This document shows, in pieces, positions 35,506 through 52,424 of a DNA stretch of 64,000 nt (within the stretch, counting starts at the first letter, position 1; each line of letters opens with the position of its first letter). The stretch comes from Catajapyx aquilonaris. Lineage: Eukaryota. The position numbers and the translations under genes were made by a program. The stretch is from NCBI GenBank assembly GCA_000934665.2, contig JYFJ02000011.1, positions 124,001 to 188,000 on the forward strand, given 5' to 3'. Below the pieces are notes generated by a model. The model was not told where the DNA came from. It saw nothing but the letters and a program-made list of their open reading frames with translations, and ran no database searches.

Positions 35506-38500
35506 CTTGCTGTTGTTGTAGTTTACCCCCAAAATATCTACTCTTGGCACAATATTACATGCGATTCGCGCAAATGCAATATTCTTGTGAGAGAGCAGCA
35601 AGCAGCACTGTCCCACAGTTCAAATTCAGCACAAGCTGGACTATCGGATGTCTGAAGGTCTCATCAAGTCCTCCAGCCCCAGTTCCCTTGTGATAGGTAC
35701 ACAAGAGGAATGCGATTTTGTCGTGGTTTCCTGGTTTTGTGACAAGTGCTTATCATAAATCATAATACACACTTGTGTTTAATCGCATGTGAGCATGCAC
35801 TCCAAAAAAGTGAGGATGTGACTCAAAAATTATTCCTCTACTAGGTGTGCCTCATCCTGGAAAGCTCATTGTTGATGCCACTAAAGGAAAATAATAATAA
35901 TACCTTGAACATGATTAAAACTGGGTGGGTAGGGTTATTTTTAATGGGGGTGACTTAGTATGTATACTCATTAGAACAGGTAAGAGGTAGCATAATATGG
36001 TGTGGGTAAAACGGGAGAAGGTGATGTGTACATTTTATAAACATTACATAAAACACTTTGTCAGGGTGCGAAAATGTGATGTGTGCAAAGTACACGAAGA
36101 ATTATATATTCAAGGCTTGTGTGGACATTGCTTGTGAAGGTGATGAGCAGATAATAATCTTAGGATGGAATATGAGGGTGGGGGGTCATACAGGTTCTCT
36201 TTGTGCAATGTCACGTACAGTGTGTTGTTGGTCTCGTCAAGCACATCATTTCATATGAGTCAAGGACGATGCCTGATAAATTCCTTTGACTGGCAAATGA
36301 ATCACACGATACCCACCTTTGCCTCCATATATGTCCTGCATTACGTCGTCACCACATCAAAGGCGGCCAGGATTTCCCCTGGAGTGGAAAATCCTCTACA
36401 GTTTACATGAATGCCAAACAATTTTTGCACACGCTAAAATATCGTTCGCATATTCTCATGTAATCCGTAAAAAGAGTTACGAAAATGAATACCGTGTACC
36501 GCTCTTGCGTATGTTGAAAAATAGCAGACTTAATGGAAAGGTTTCGGGCCAATGCGCGATGGAAAGGACAGAAAACACATCAAGTAGTCATATATTACGC
36601 TAAAAGCATTCAGAGAGGTCACTTACATTGGCAGTAAAATATCGGCGAATAATCATCCAATGCATACAAAAGGATGAGTTTTTAGTGACGTCCCTTTCCC
36701 GTACGTGCGACAGTGCTGCTGACAGACCTCAAAAGATTCTCAGGTGGCCGTGACTATATATAGCAGCCCAGCATATCCCAGTACAAACATAATTATGGAC
36801 TGAGATCATCTTTATTTTGTCGGAATACCTTGGGCAGTTGGGAACCCCCATTAAAATCTATTACAGAATATGACGACGAGGAAAAAGGGTTGAAACTTAT
36901 TTCCCTTTACACCGATGCTATATTTCAGCCTCTCAGGTGTGTGCAGGATAACCTAATTTCGCGATATGCATTTTGAATCATATCATGAACAACCAGACAC
37001 TCTGCATAATTATATGTTGTACAATATTAATGTTGTAGTAAAACACCTGACTACATAATAAGAGCAAGTGGCAGTGAGTTTAATTATTTAAGAATCTTGT
37101 GATACCATCACTGTTACAATAAAGTCGAACCTGGCGGAATGCTATTACATAATTAACTTAATTAGGCCTACAATCAATTGCACATACACGCAATTACATA
37201 AACCGTATGATTAATTAGCACAATGATTGGACAAGTGCACGTAATTAACTACATATGATCAAATTAATAATTAACTACATACGCATTACACAATTATTTA
37301 CAATATTATTTGTTGTTGAGCATCTTGAATAGCCCGCCGTTACGCCTCAATGCCTGTCCGACACCTAGCGACATCTATCCAGCCAAAAACTACGAATAAA
37401 CTACCTTACACATTTAACCGAAAGTAAAATCACAAATCATGTAAAAAAAAAACCATTACAAAACTATAAACCGCCAAAACCGTAAAACTAATCACGTGAT
37501 CATCCCATCCTAGTCAACTCAGTCACTACAACTATAACACGAAACAAATCTTGTCAATTCCCCCCAGTTAAAACGGATCTGCATTTAATCCCAATATTTC
37601 CACGCTTAAAACCGGTCCTTGTAAGTACAACCGGTATTCCAACCAGTCCTTGATTTGGTCTGGCGTGCGCGAGTGGTCCCCCCCTCCCCCCCTTCCTATC
37701 CAAAAAAGAAAAAAGAAAAAAGAAAAAAAAAAACAGAGTCGGCCATTTACACATCGGGCTTTGTTTGCACCTCGTTCTCTTTTTTTCCCTCCCCTTCTCT
37801 TCCCCCCCATCCCATCCCTCCTCTGCCCTCCCCTCTCTCCCTGTTCGAACGTTGCCAGCCAGTGATCCTCAGCAACAGTGGGGGCAAGACCAGGGGCGGC
37901 CCCCGGGAACCGCATAGGAAAAAAAAAAAGAGTCGCAGATTTCCCCCCCGTTTCCCCGTCCCTCCTCCCTCTCAGCCTCCTTCCCCTCCCCAGTGTGTGT
38001 GCCGTGTTTTGGCGCCCGGTTGGCTCTTTTGGAAGCTACGACATCACACAGCATCAGGTCTGTATTGGTCTCACGTGTGTTCGTGGCAGCTTCAAGGGTC
38101 GGTTCGGCCCTGGGGTTCGGCCCCTTGGATTTTTTTTTATGTCGTGGAAGAGGATGGGGGAATAGCTGGGGGAGGGGCGATGGTATCGGCAGGTCAGTCC
38201 TCCCTGGGATGTTGTGGCTCAAGGATAAATGGGGAAGAAGCGTGGTTAGGAGGGAGAAGAGGGGGACAGCATACAGGGCCTTCCAGCCAAAGGAGACCCA
38301 ACCAACTCAACTGTAAGGTTAACTGGAACCAACTGGTAGGATGAACCGTTAGCATGTCGGGAACGTGCTCTGTGCAAATGCGGAGACTGGAGAATTATCA
38401 GGCGCAGTAAATCAGCTAGACGTCTAGGCACAAGCTAGTCTTCGTTGGCTACCACATTTCTGGGATTATTCCGTGATGGAATGAATGAATGAAAAATAAG

Positions 38501-38538
38501 CAGCTGCACTTCCAACTAGGTGTGAGATGGCAGGATTA

Positions 38539-38632
38539 CAGTAAAACCTTGATATAACGCTCTTCAGGGTACGGACTGAAAGGGTGTTACAAGCGGGAGT
38601 TATATGCAGAGTGTTATATCAAGATTTTACTG
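38539..38632. mobile_element. Tigger/pogo-like MITE
   Basis: TA|CAGTAAAACCTTGATATAAC...GTTATATCAAGATTTTACTG|TA. Confidence 0.8.
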
Positions 38633-38677
38633 TAATTGACAAACACGTTATGTAAAGGTTAAGAACCCTGCACATTA

Positions 38678-38832
38678 CAGTTGATTCCAGCTATAACAGA
38701 CTCGACTACAACAGAATCTTAGTCATATCAGAAACAAAAGCTGTGGCCTGTTCATTTGGGCCTATTTGGGCTGTAACAGACCTCGGTTATAGTTTCAGTC
38801 TGATTTTCGTCTGTTATATCCAGAGTCAACTG
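38678..38832. mobile_element. Tigger/pogo-like MITE
   Basis: CAGTTGATTCCAGCTATAACAGAC...GTCTGTTATATCCAGAGTCAACTG. Confidence 0.7.
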
Positions 38833-40329
38833 TGTATGCTATATTATACGGCCTATACCTTCGACATTACACTGGCTCTAATAATGCGGCTGTGGCGGGA
38901 AGTAAGCCAGGAGAGGTTCATCCCATCATATTGCATGATAATTATATGGTCGATAGATAAATGTTTGTGGCAGCTTGCATACCAGCTTAGAAAATCAATG
39001 TTTTACTAGGATAACTCGGGTGTTACGTATGGTTACATAGTTGTAAGTCTGAAATGTGTCGGAAAGGCAATGGTGCAGTCTTGTTGAAGTTTATGATGAC
39101 TTCCATGTCCAAGTGTTTTCAATGTGCGTCCATATGTCCGTCACGTTGCGATTTGCCTTGAGTTGCTATGGCGCTATGATAGTAACTGTGATAAACTGTT
39201 GGCTTAGGAGAAGGAAGAACCCATTGATGTAGAATGGCATGGCCTGGGCAGTAGCTGCTGTAGGGTAGAGAGTAGGCTACCAAACTCTGGATACAAATGC
39301 ATTCAGACTGTTGGCATCAAAACAAAAACTGGTAGTCAGTTCACATAGCCATTGAGTATACAAACAGAGAGGGACCTGATAAGGAAAATGTCACTTGAAC
39401 GCTGAGAAAGGTTGAGAAAGGCCCCTGCCTGCCAAAGGATTGCTCTCAGGACCTCAGAGGTGGAAAAAAACGACCTAGCATCAACCTCTGCGATGGTACC
39501 CATGGGTGAAAAAATAGCCTTAAACAGAGGTTAGAGTGGAGCACTCCTTTGAGAAATATTATTTAAAAAAAAACTATATTAAGAGCCATCACCAGTTGTT
39601 GATGTTTCTGAAAAGGGTTAGGAACACAGGCAATATGTGTCCTATGTAAGCAACAATCTACATACATGAGAAACAAACATGTGATCGTGTACCTTAGAGA
39701 GACTGAGATAGCAAATGTAGCATTAATGTTGTCATTATCACCGTATCACTGCATATAAAGCAGCATTATGGTAAATGAGGGATAGCCAGATTTGAGAAAT
39801 TATGCAGCTGGTTGTTGCATTAGTATGAGCCAGTATAAGGCAGGGTATGTTGGTAAAAGTAGGTTTAGTTTAATCCGTTGCACTCCTGCAAGAAGTGGGT
39901 AATGTAGCTAGCAAATTTTGAAATTCTCAAGACTCCTTATTTATCAGACGAAGGATTTAGAATACCTTACCTGCCAATTTATTTTCACCATGCACCAGAT
40001 TAAGTGAGATACATGTACAAACGAAATGGAAAAAGTCATAACTAGAGGTAATGATGTTTTCTTTAAAGTATAAGGGACATTTGGATAGGATATTTGGTAT
40101 TGTGACTAGAAAGAATAATAGTGCAATACTGGTTGACACATTCTGTACATTTCTGTCTTTACTGTTTGCAAATGCCTGACAGTTGTTACAATAGGGTCAC
40201 TAACATAGAGCATCACATCCATGTTAGCTGGTTCACTAATCAAGAGTTTTCCTGCCAGCATTCCACCCTAGGGAATTGATACTGGATCTGATTGATAGAT
40301 TTTGCTGCAGTATGGGAATAGTTCCATCC

Positions 40330-40331
<2 letters not shown>

Positions 40332-40408
<77 letters not shown>
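40332..40408. repeat. (AAT)n microsatellite
   Basis: ~25 perfect units. Further (ATT)/(AAT)/(ATC) tracts at ~40757-40820 and 40915-40978. Confidence 0.95.
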
Positions 40409-40409
<1 letters not shown>

Positions 40410-40780
40410 GGAGGCATGGTGGTCTAGTGGTTACGCCGCTGGCCAGCCAAGCGGGAGGCCGGGGTTCAAATCCCGTCCCCGTCACCTCTGCTTGGCCGGG
40501 TCTTTTTCTGCTTTTCACCCGACATGCCGGAGCAGAATTGCACTCCCTTCTCTGCTTGGGGCCAGGAGAAAAGGTCTGGTGTTTAAGAGGGTCTGCAATG
40601 ACTAGAAACTACATGAGAGCGCCCTCCCTTGGGAAGCTACCCTTCCCCATACGCCCGTGGACCAGGGCGTTGCGACGAAAAAAAAAAACTGTATGTAAAA
40701 AATTGCAAAATAAATAAAGGTCCGTGCAATACCTCGAATGAGGTACGCACTACCCAATTATTATTATTATTATTATTATT
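40409..40780 (+). mobile_element. tRNA-derived SINE (B)
   Basis: A box TGGTCTAGTGG, B box GGTTCAAATCC, and tail AATAAAGGTCCGTGC...GCACTACCCA(ATT)n. Confidence 0.8.
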
Positions 40781-40806
40781 AATAATAATAATAATAATAA
40801 TAATAA

Positions 40807-40912
40807 TCATCATCATCATCATTTACTTCACGGCAAAATAATCCCATAGAGGGGTAGCCAGCGGAGTACAGGTTGCCCCTGTCCCCCTCGTATGACCTAC
40901 AAAATGACACTC
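40807..40912 (-). mobile_element. Short 3'-end fragment of an RTE-related retroposon
   Basis: The - strand reads GCTACCCCTCTATGGGA...(ATG)n, similar to the RTE 3' end CTACCCCTCATAGGGA...(GAT)n at ~46305-46378. Confidence 0.45.
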
Positions 40913-40914
40913 TA

Positions 40915-40978
<64 letters not shown>

Positions 40979-41320
40979 GGGTTAGTGCACCTCCTCATTA
41001 TTTAATGGGCATCTGGCACGGTACCTTTATTGCTTTTTAAAGTACAAGCTTATGGTTGGTCCTTTTCCGTAACGCCCGGGTACCGCGAGCGAGGGAACGC
41101 TGACTGGGAGGGAATGTGCAATGTGCAGTGCAATTTCTCTAACATGGTACATAGTTCGTGAACTTCCCCGGGTGGATTAGTGTGTCGGAGATTCCACCCG
41201 AGACGAAGCCAGAGACGACCCAACTCTGAACGAAATGAAGGGGGGAATCCCGGGCGGGGATCGAACCCGGGACCTTAGCATCCATGGGCGCATATGTTAC
41301 CGCAGCCACTCTGTCGCCCC
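40915..41320 (-). mobile_element. tRNA-derived SINE (C)
   Basis: B box GGTTCGATCCC and degenerate A box TGGCTGCGG on the - strand. Tail AATAAAGGTACCGTGC...GCACTAACCCT(ATT)n. Confidence 0.75.
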
Positions 41321-42867
41321 TTAGGTCCATCCTAATAGTTCAAGGCGATCATTCTGGACAAGCAACGATGAATTTTGGGGCAGTTATGATTAAGTTAAAC
41401 TGATGAGAAAATACATTGATATCTTTTCTAGGTTTTTACAGTATGTGCGGGAGCTCTCGAACTGTGTGTGGAATATTTTTGGAACAATTGGAAAGATTTT
41501 GCATTGGAAAAATTTGCAAACATTGTCTTTATTTTTCACATAGTATCATATTGTATAAATGAAAATGCAGCCCAGTAATAATTTTACATCACTGTAATGT
41601 GAGAGGAGTCTGTAATATACATGCATGACAATTATCTCTGAATCACTTCTTTGATATTCACTAAAACTTGACTTGACACTCCCATTTGTGATTCAGTTCA
41701 CAACTTTTAATTTTCTTTTATACCCTTAGGGCTTAGTGCACTGGAAATGCCATATTGGGGACAATGCTAAGTGAAGATTCACAAATGTGCCGCAGTTAGA
41801 GTAACAGGTTTAGAAGAATAGGGAAAAGGAACTACCCTCTCCAGATAGCATTGAAATGCCAGCCAACTGGCACTTGTTCCTAGTAATGTACATTGTGATG
41901 CCCCTGCCAGAATGCAAGTTAGCATTGCAGCTGTATACTCAGAACATCAGCTGAATCCAATTACTTGGCAGAAAATTTAATTCTTTTGTTACTGAGTTTA
42001 TTACTATCTGTTGCAATTTTGGAATTACTAAACTGTCATTTAAAATGTATTAGTTCCGATACTGAAAATAAATTTGTGAGACAATGCACATGTATTGTGC
42101 AATTATGTAGCATAACTTGAGCATATTACAAGAGGATTTTAAACCAGTGCTTGCAGCAGACAAATTAATTAAACTGGAAAGATACATTTCTAAGATTTGC
42201 AGAGCTCAGGAAAACCCAATCTTTATATTTTTCTAAATAATACATATCTTCGTAAGCCCGTGTCTTGTACTGAACATAGCAGGGCTACATTTTACTTGGT
42301 ATCTGCTTTTTATCTGGAATGTCCTGATGGACCCTTTCACATTGTTCATCATGAAGTGCACCATAGTTAGCCAGGGAAAAGTGCAAATTCAAATGTAGAA
42401 AGTGAAGCATTAGTGACCATGTTGCAGCCTGACTATTGGTAGACTGACCTGAGAGGAAGCACAATTTTTTTTTGTAGTTCTGATGTTTCCTAAAAGGTGA
42501 TTGTAGTTATATCGTTAAGTGCATCCCAAGCTTCTTTATTATTGTGCTGAAGGGTTTACTGAAATAGGAAGAGGGGTGGTTCCCAAGGGCAGGATTTGAA
42601 CCCGAGAGACCAAGTAACATTTGGCTGGCCAGGGGCATAATCACCATCCCCCCACATCCATGTGCGATGATGGTCAATAACATACTAGTGATATTATTAT
42701 TAACTTATAATACATCAACCATTTATTAGCTAGGTGTATTTATTTGTATGGTATGCAAATGCTTGACAATTACCTTTTTGCTGTTTCTGAGAGGCAATGC
42801 AAAAATCTGCAGAAATTGTCATTGTTAAGTGGTTGAGATTATTTACTGAAGGACCTTCAGCCTAACG

Positions 42868-43180
42868 CAGTGGTTCTCAACCTATGCCACATTGGGGCTC
42901 CCTGGAAAGTAATTTCAGATTCTCCCTCCCCTGTCCCCCACCCACTAGGCCAGTGGTTTCCAACCTTCTACCAACTGCAACCCCCTAAACATGTTTCCAT
43001 TAATGTGCGACCCCCCCCCCCTTCTCCCCTCCCACAACTGCCCCCTTTCCAGAAAACATACTCTCTGTAAGGNATCAGTGCGACTTTTGCGCCTGTTTCG
43101 AGTCACAAAATTTTTTGATTCGCCCTGTGCCCCCTTCCCCCCTGCCACCCCCTTCGCGGCCCACCAGTTGAGAACCGCTG
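42868..43180. mobile_element. hAT (Charlie-like) MITE with an internal second hAT end; spans an N at 43073
   Basis: CAGTGGTTCTCAAC...GTTGAGAACCGCTG with a 7/8 TSD GCCTAACG/GCCTAACA. An inner CAGTGGTTTCCAACC lies at ~42951. Confidence 0.7.
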
Positions 43181-43626
43181 GCCTAACATAATCCATTATG
43201 TACTGTAAATAGTAGAGCATCAGCAGTGCAATTTTAAGGATACTTGGTCACATTTTAATTAGCTGAAATAAAGGCAGAATTTTAAAAAAGTTGCCATCTT
43301 GTGCTAGCACATTGGCATGATTATGTGCAGTATTAAATTTGGATTGGAGGCTAATGTGTTTTTCGAACAATTTATTTTTTTAATTCGAAATTATTTTAAA
43401 GTAAGTATTAAAAAATTAAACGGACTATTGTTTCTGCATGATATGGTCAGACATTGATGACTAGATTTTTTAAGTCAGGAGGAAGGTGTGGCGGAAAGCT
43501 GGGACGATTCAAAACTGCAAGATGCAATGAATTGATAGAGTTGCGGAGTAGCTTAAAGTTAGTGCTTTACAGCAATGCTTTCAGTGTGTCCCCGTCTCTC
43601 TGAGGTGTTTAAGTGCACCAATACAT

Positions 43627-43740
43627 ATGGGGTGGAATTTTCATGCCTCTACTAGTTACTGCTAACTTAGCAGTACCATTGTACTGCACTGGTACTGATA
43701 AGTTAGCAGTAACTAGCAGTGAGGCGAAAATTCCACCCAT
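43627..43740. mobile_element. Palindromic MITE
   Basis: ATGGGGTGGAATTTTC..CTAGTTACTGCTAACTTA..CAGTACC / GGTACTG..TAAGTTAGCAGTAACTAG..GAAAATTCCACCCAT. Confidence 0.75.
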
Positions 43741-44146
43741 GGTATTTAGAATTAATAAAGTTTGAATATTGAGTGTTGCAATGGGATTACTGAATTTTTT
43801 CAGGTCTTATGTTTTGTAACCGAATTGTTTTTTATGCCATGCATTTAAAAAATAATGTGCCTAAGCTGACTTTACTGCATTGTTAAAGAAACCCTGTCAA
43901 TGAGCAGTAGGTTGTTAAAAAATACAAATCCTTGGGCAAGATGGAATGTCTGCCCCCTAATTGCTTGTACACTCATTTCCTGTTACGGTGAATCCTTTCA
44001 CAGGGATGCACTATCTTGTGACACAAGTTATTTAGCTTCTATTTTTATACTCCAGGAAAACATGTGGTACTAGCTAGTGGGTAGAATTTTCATTCCTAAT
44101 GGTGTTGCTCAAGAGGGAGATAAAAACTAAGCAGCACTACATAGGC

Positions 44147-46327
44147 CAGGGGTGGGAAACTTTTTTCTCCGTGGGCGCATCAAGATTTTTAAAAAATGGA
44201 CGGGCCACATCTAACAGAAGAAATTTCAACTTATGAAAAAGTTTACAATTGCGTATATATCTATCCTTTTAAACGAACTTCCATTAATTGCATAAATTAT
44301 CATTAAATTCTCTGAAAATTGATAAAATGAGCTAAATATATCAATGAAAATGGCCTGTATAAATAAAAAACGAGTTTTGTGAATTTAAAAGAATTAAAAA
44401 GAAAGCTTAATTGGGGATGCTGTACCTAGTAATGATGGTTGTGGGGATATTAATAAGAAGGAAGTTGCAGCTGCTGCTTTAGAACTTAACTAGGTAAATC
44501 CCCTGGGGTTGATGCTATTTGTTTGGAAATGGTGAGGTGTGGCGGTAATGATGTAGTTACCTTTTTGACTAATTTATGTAGGGTTTCTTTTGATAATGGT
44601 GTAGTTACTAGGGATTGGAGGGATACTATTATAGTACCTCTGTATAAGGGTAAGGGAGATGTGTGTGACTGCACGAATTATCGTGGCATTAGTTTGTTAA
44701 GTGTACCAGGGAAAGTGTATGCTAAGGTTTTGATAGAAAGAGTTACGAGGGTCACAAGTCAGAGAATACTGAATATTCAGAGTGGGTTTATGTCGGGTAA
44801 GAGTTGTGTAGATCAGATATTCTGTGTGAGACTCGTGATAGAAAAGTATTTAGCTGTAAACAAGAAGGTTTTTGTTGCCTTTGTAGACTTAGAGAAAGCA
44901 TATGACACAGTAAGTAGGGAAGGTTTGTGGGAAGTTATGAGTCTCTATGGAGGGAAGGGCTGCCTGCTGGAGGCTGTAAAGTCATTGTATGAAGAGAGTA
45001 TAGCTTGTGCTAGAACTAGTGGGGGTTTCTCTGACTGGTTAAACATTAGTGTTGGGGTTAAGCAGGGTTGTGTCATGTCTCCCTGGATATTTAATTGTAC
45101 TTAGATGCATGTGTAAGGGAAGCTATGGTTGAAGGTGTAGGAGTGCAGTTTGGCGATGAGTTAGTTAGTCACTTGCTGTATGCGGATGATTCTGCTCTTC
45201 TGGCGGAGAGTGAGGCTGATTTACAGTTGATCCTATGCAAGTTAGATAATGTTTGTGAAGAGAGGGGTATTGAGGATTAACGTAGATAAGACTAAGGTAT
45301 TGGTATTTGAAAGAGGACAGCAGGTTTCTCCTTGTATGTTGCAGGTACGAGGAAAACTGGTTGAGCAGGTCAGCCAGTTTGTGTACCTGGGTAGTGTCTT
45401 TGGGAGTAATGGTAGAATGGATGGGGAGATTGATAGGAAAGTTAGTTCTGGGTTGAATGTGATAGGTGCCACAAGTATTTAGTAAGTTTTCTAGGGATAA
45501 GGACTTGTCTTCTGCCTGTAGGTTGTCTGTCTATTCTCACGTTATTGTTCCTTCACTTATGTATGGTAGTGAAGCGTGGGTTTGGTCAGATAGGCATAAG
45601 AGTAGGGTGTTGGCTACAGAGACGCGTTCTCTCCGGGCTGTTTGTGGGGTTACCAAGTTGGATAGGATTAGGAATGAGGAGATTTTGCAGAGGTGTAATG
45701 TTAAGGAGACTGTTAAAGATAAGGTGTGTAGGTCTACTCTAAGGTGGGTTGGGCATGTGGAGAGGATGAAGGAGGAGGAGATTGTGAAGAAGGTTTATTT
45801 GGGTGGAGTAGTTGGTAAGAGGGGCAAGGGTAGGCCTAGGAAGACATGGTTGGAGCAGGTGGGTCAGTGTCTTAAGGGTGTTGCTAGTGTTAAGCCGAGA
45901 TGTTCATGTGTCAATAGGACCATGGACGTGGATGGGGCTAGGGTTGCTTGTTTGGATAGGTGTAAATGGCATAGGTTAATTAATGGGTAAATAGGTCTGA
46001 GGATAAGGCTTCCTTCGCTCCGGCGAATAGAGGGGACGTCCCTGGTGGAGTCGATGAGGTGCAAGGGTGGTGCCATACACGTCGGCGTGGCCAGGGCGTC
46101 CGGAGTAGTGGGTGGTGGTGGGGGGGAGGCTTGTTTTGCCGAAGTACCGCGTTGTATAGTGTAATATTTAAATTTAATAAAGAGTGTGTGTCTGAGGTGG
46201 GCAGGGGTGGGGTGTGGGACGGGTTGTTTTTAGGTTTATTTTTACTAGTTTTAATTATTATTAGTTCATATGTTGGGTTAGCTTGCGTCTCCCTTCATCT
46301 CTGACTACCCCTCATAGGGAAATGTCG

Positions 46328-46379
<52 letters not shown>

Positions 46380-46491
46380 AGGCACAGGCATAAAATTTTG
46401 CAATTTTAATTTTTCAACATTTTCAGGAATACCAACATTTTTGCGCGGGCCGCACAAATTGTCTTTGCGGGCTGCAGTTTGTCCACCCCTG
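44147..46491. mobile_element. hAT MITE split by an RTE insertion
   Basis: CAGGGGTGGGAAAC ... GTTTGTCCACCCCTG with 8-bp TSD ACATAGGC/ACACAGGC (44139-44146, 46492-46499). Confidence 0.8.
44406..46378 (+). mobile_element. 5'-truncated, frameshifted RTE-clade non-LTR retrotransposon (RT pseudogene)
   Basis: RT motifs KSPGVD, YKGKGD..DCTNYRGISLLSVPGKVY, FVDLEKAYD, GVKQGCVMSPWIFN, LYADD, FVYLGS, LRWVGHVERM and GRPRKTW, spread over four frames. Ends in a stem-loop and (GAT)n tail. Confidence 0.93.
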
Positions 46492-47321
46492 ACACAGGCT
46501 ATCATTATCATGCTGCAAACGTGCAGGGTGTTTCATAATTATTCCAGGAAACTTATAGGAAGAACTCGGGGGCACTAGCATTTCACTTAATGTAAAAGTG
46601 CCATTAATTTATTCTAAGTAAGGTGAAAATTAATTTGTTCAGAGGTGGACACAATTCATTTGTAAATGAAGAACTTGATCAAGTTCCATTTGCCATTCAT
46701 TTTCCAATTCATGTCCATTCTGCAATGAATTAAGCTGCCCACAATTGAGTTCAGACTTTCAGTTCACTGGATTAGTGGCACCATTTGCGAATCAATTTCG
46801 AATTGAGTTGAGCCCATCACTAAGTTAACGTTGAGGGAGATGTAGAACTTGGGAATTAACTTAAGTATATGCCATTCAAAGTGGGTATAGAAGTGAATGT
46901 GAAATTGTAGAGAATCCTAATATTGCGTCTGCAAAAATCAATTTGATTATTGAAGCAAGAAGCATTGCATCCAACAACTTCATGTTCATTTGGTAATTTA
47001 CTCCAGGAAATGTTCAAGTAAACACCAGGGACATGTCTGCTGATGAAATGTTTTTGCGAGTTTCAGGTGTGAGGTTGATTAACCTCTGATTTTTGTATAA
47101 CATTCTACCAGCAGTTCATTTTTGGATTGGAAATATTGAAGTTATCCATGCTGAGATCAATAGTATTAATGCAGTGTTAGATGTTGTGGATATTAATCAA
47201 CTTTAGTATCCACCATTGTCATGCTAAAATATAATTTTTATCTCTTTGCAGTGTGTGGACAGTGTGAATACACTTCTCCCTGATCCCACCTCCCCCTTCC
47301 CCTCCTCCGTCATCTGTCAAG

Positions 47322-52424
<5,103 letters not shown>

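Noticed and set aside
40409..40485. tRNA gene
   Set aside because: A and B boxes are present, but the acceptor stem does not pair and the sequence continues into a SINE body and tail. The same applies to ~30890-30960 and ~41250-41320.
42868..43180. Novel composite hAT element
   Set aside because: It contains an ambiguous N at 43073, so the internal structure may be an assembly join.
40240..46578. Poly-Leu/Ile/Asn/Met ORFs
   Set aside because: They are translations of (AAT)n and (GAT)n microsatellites.
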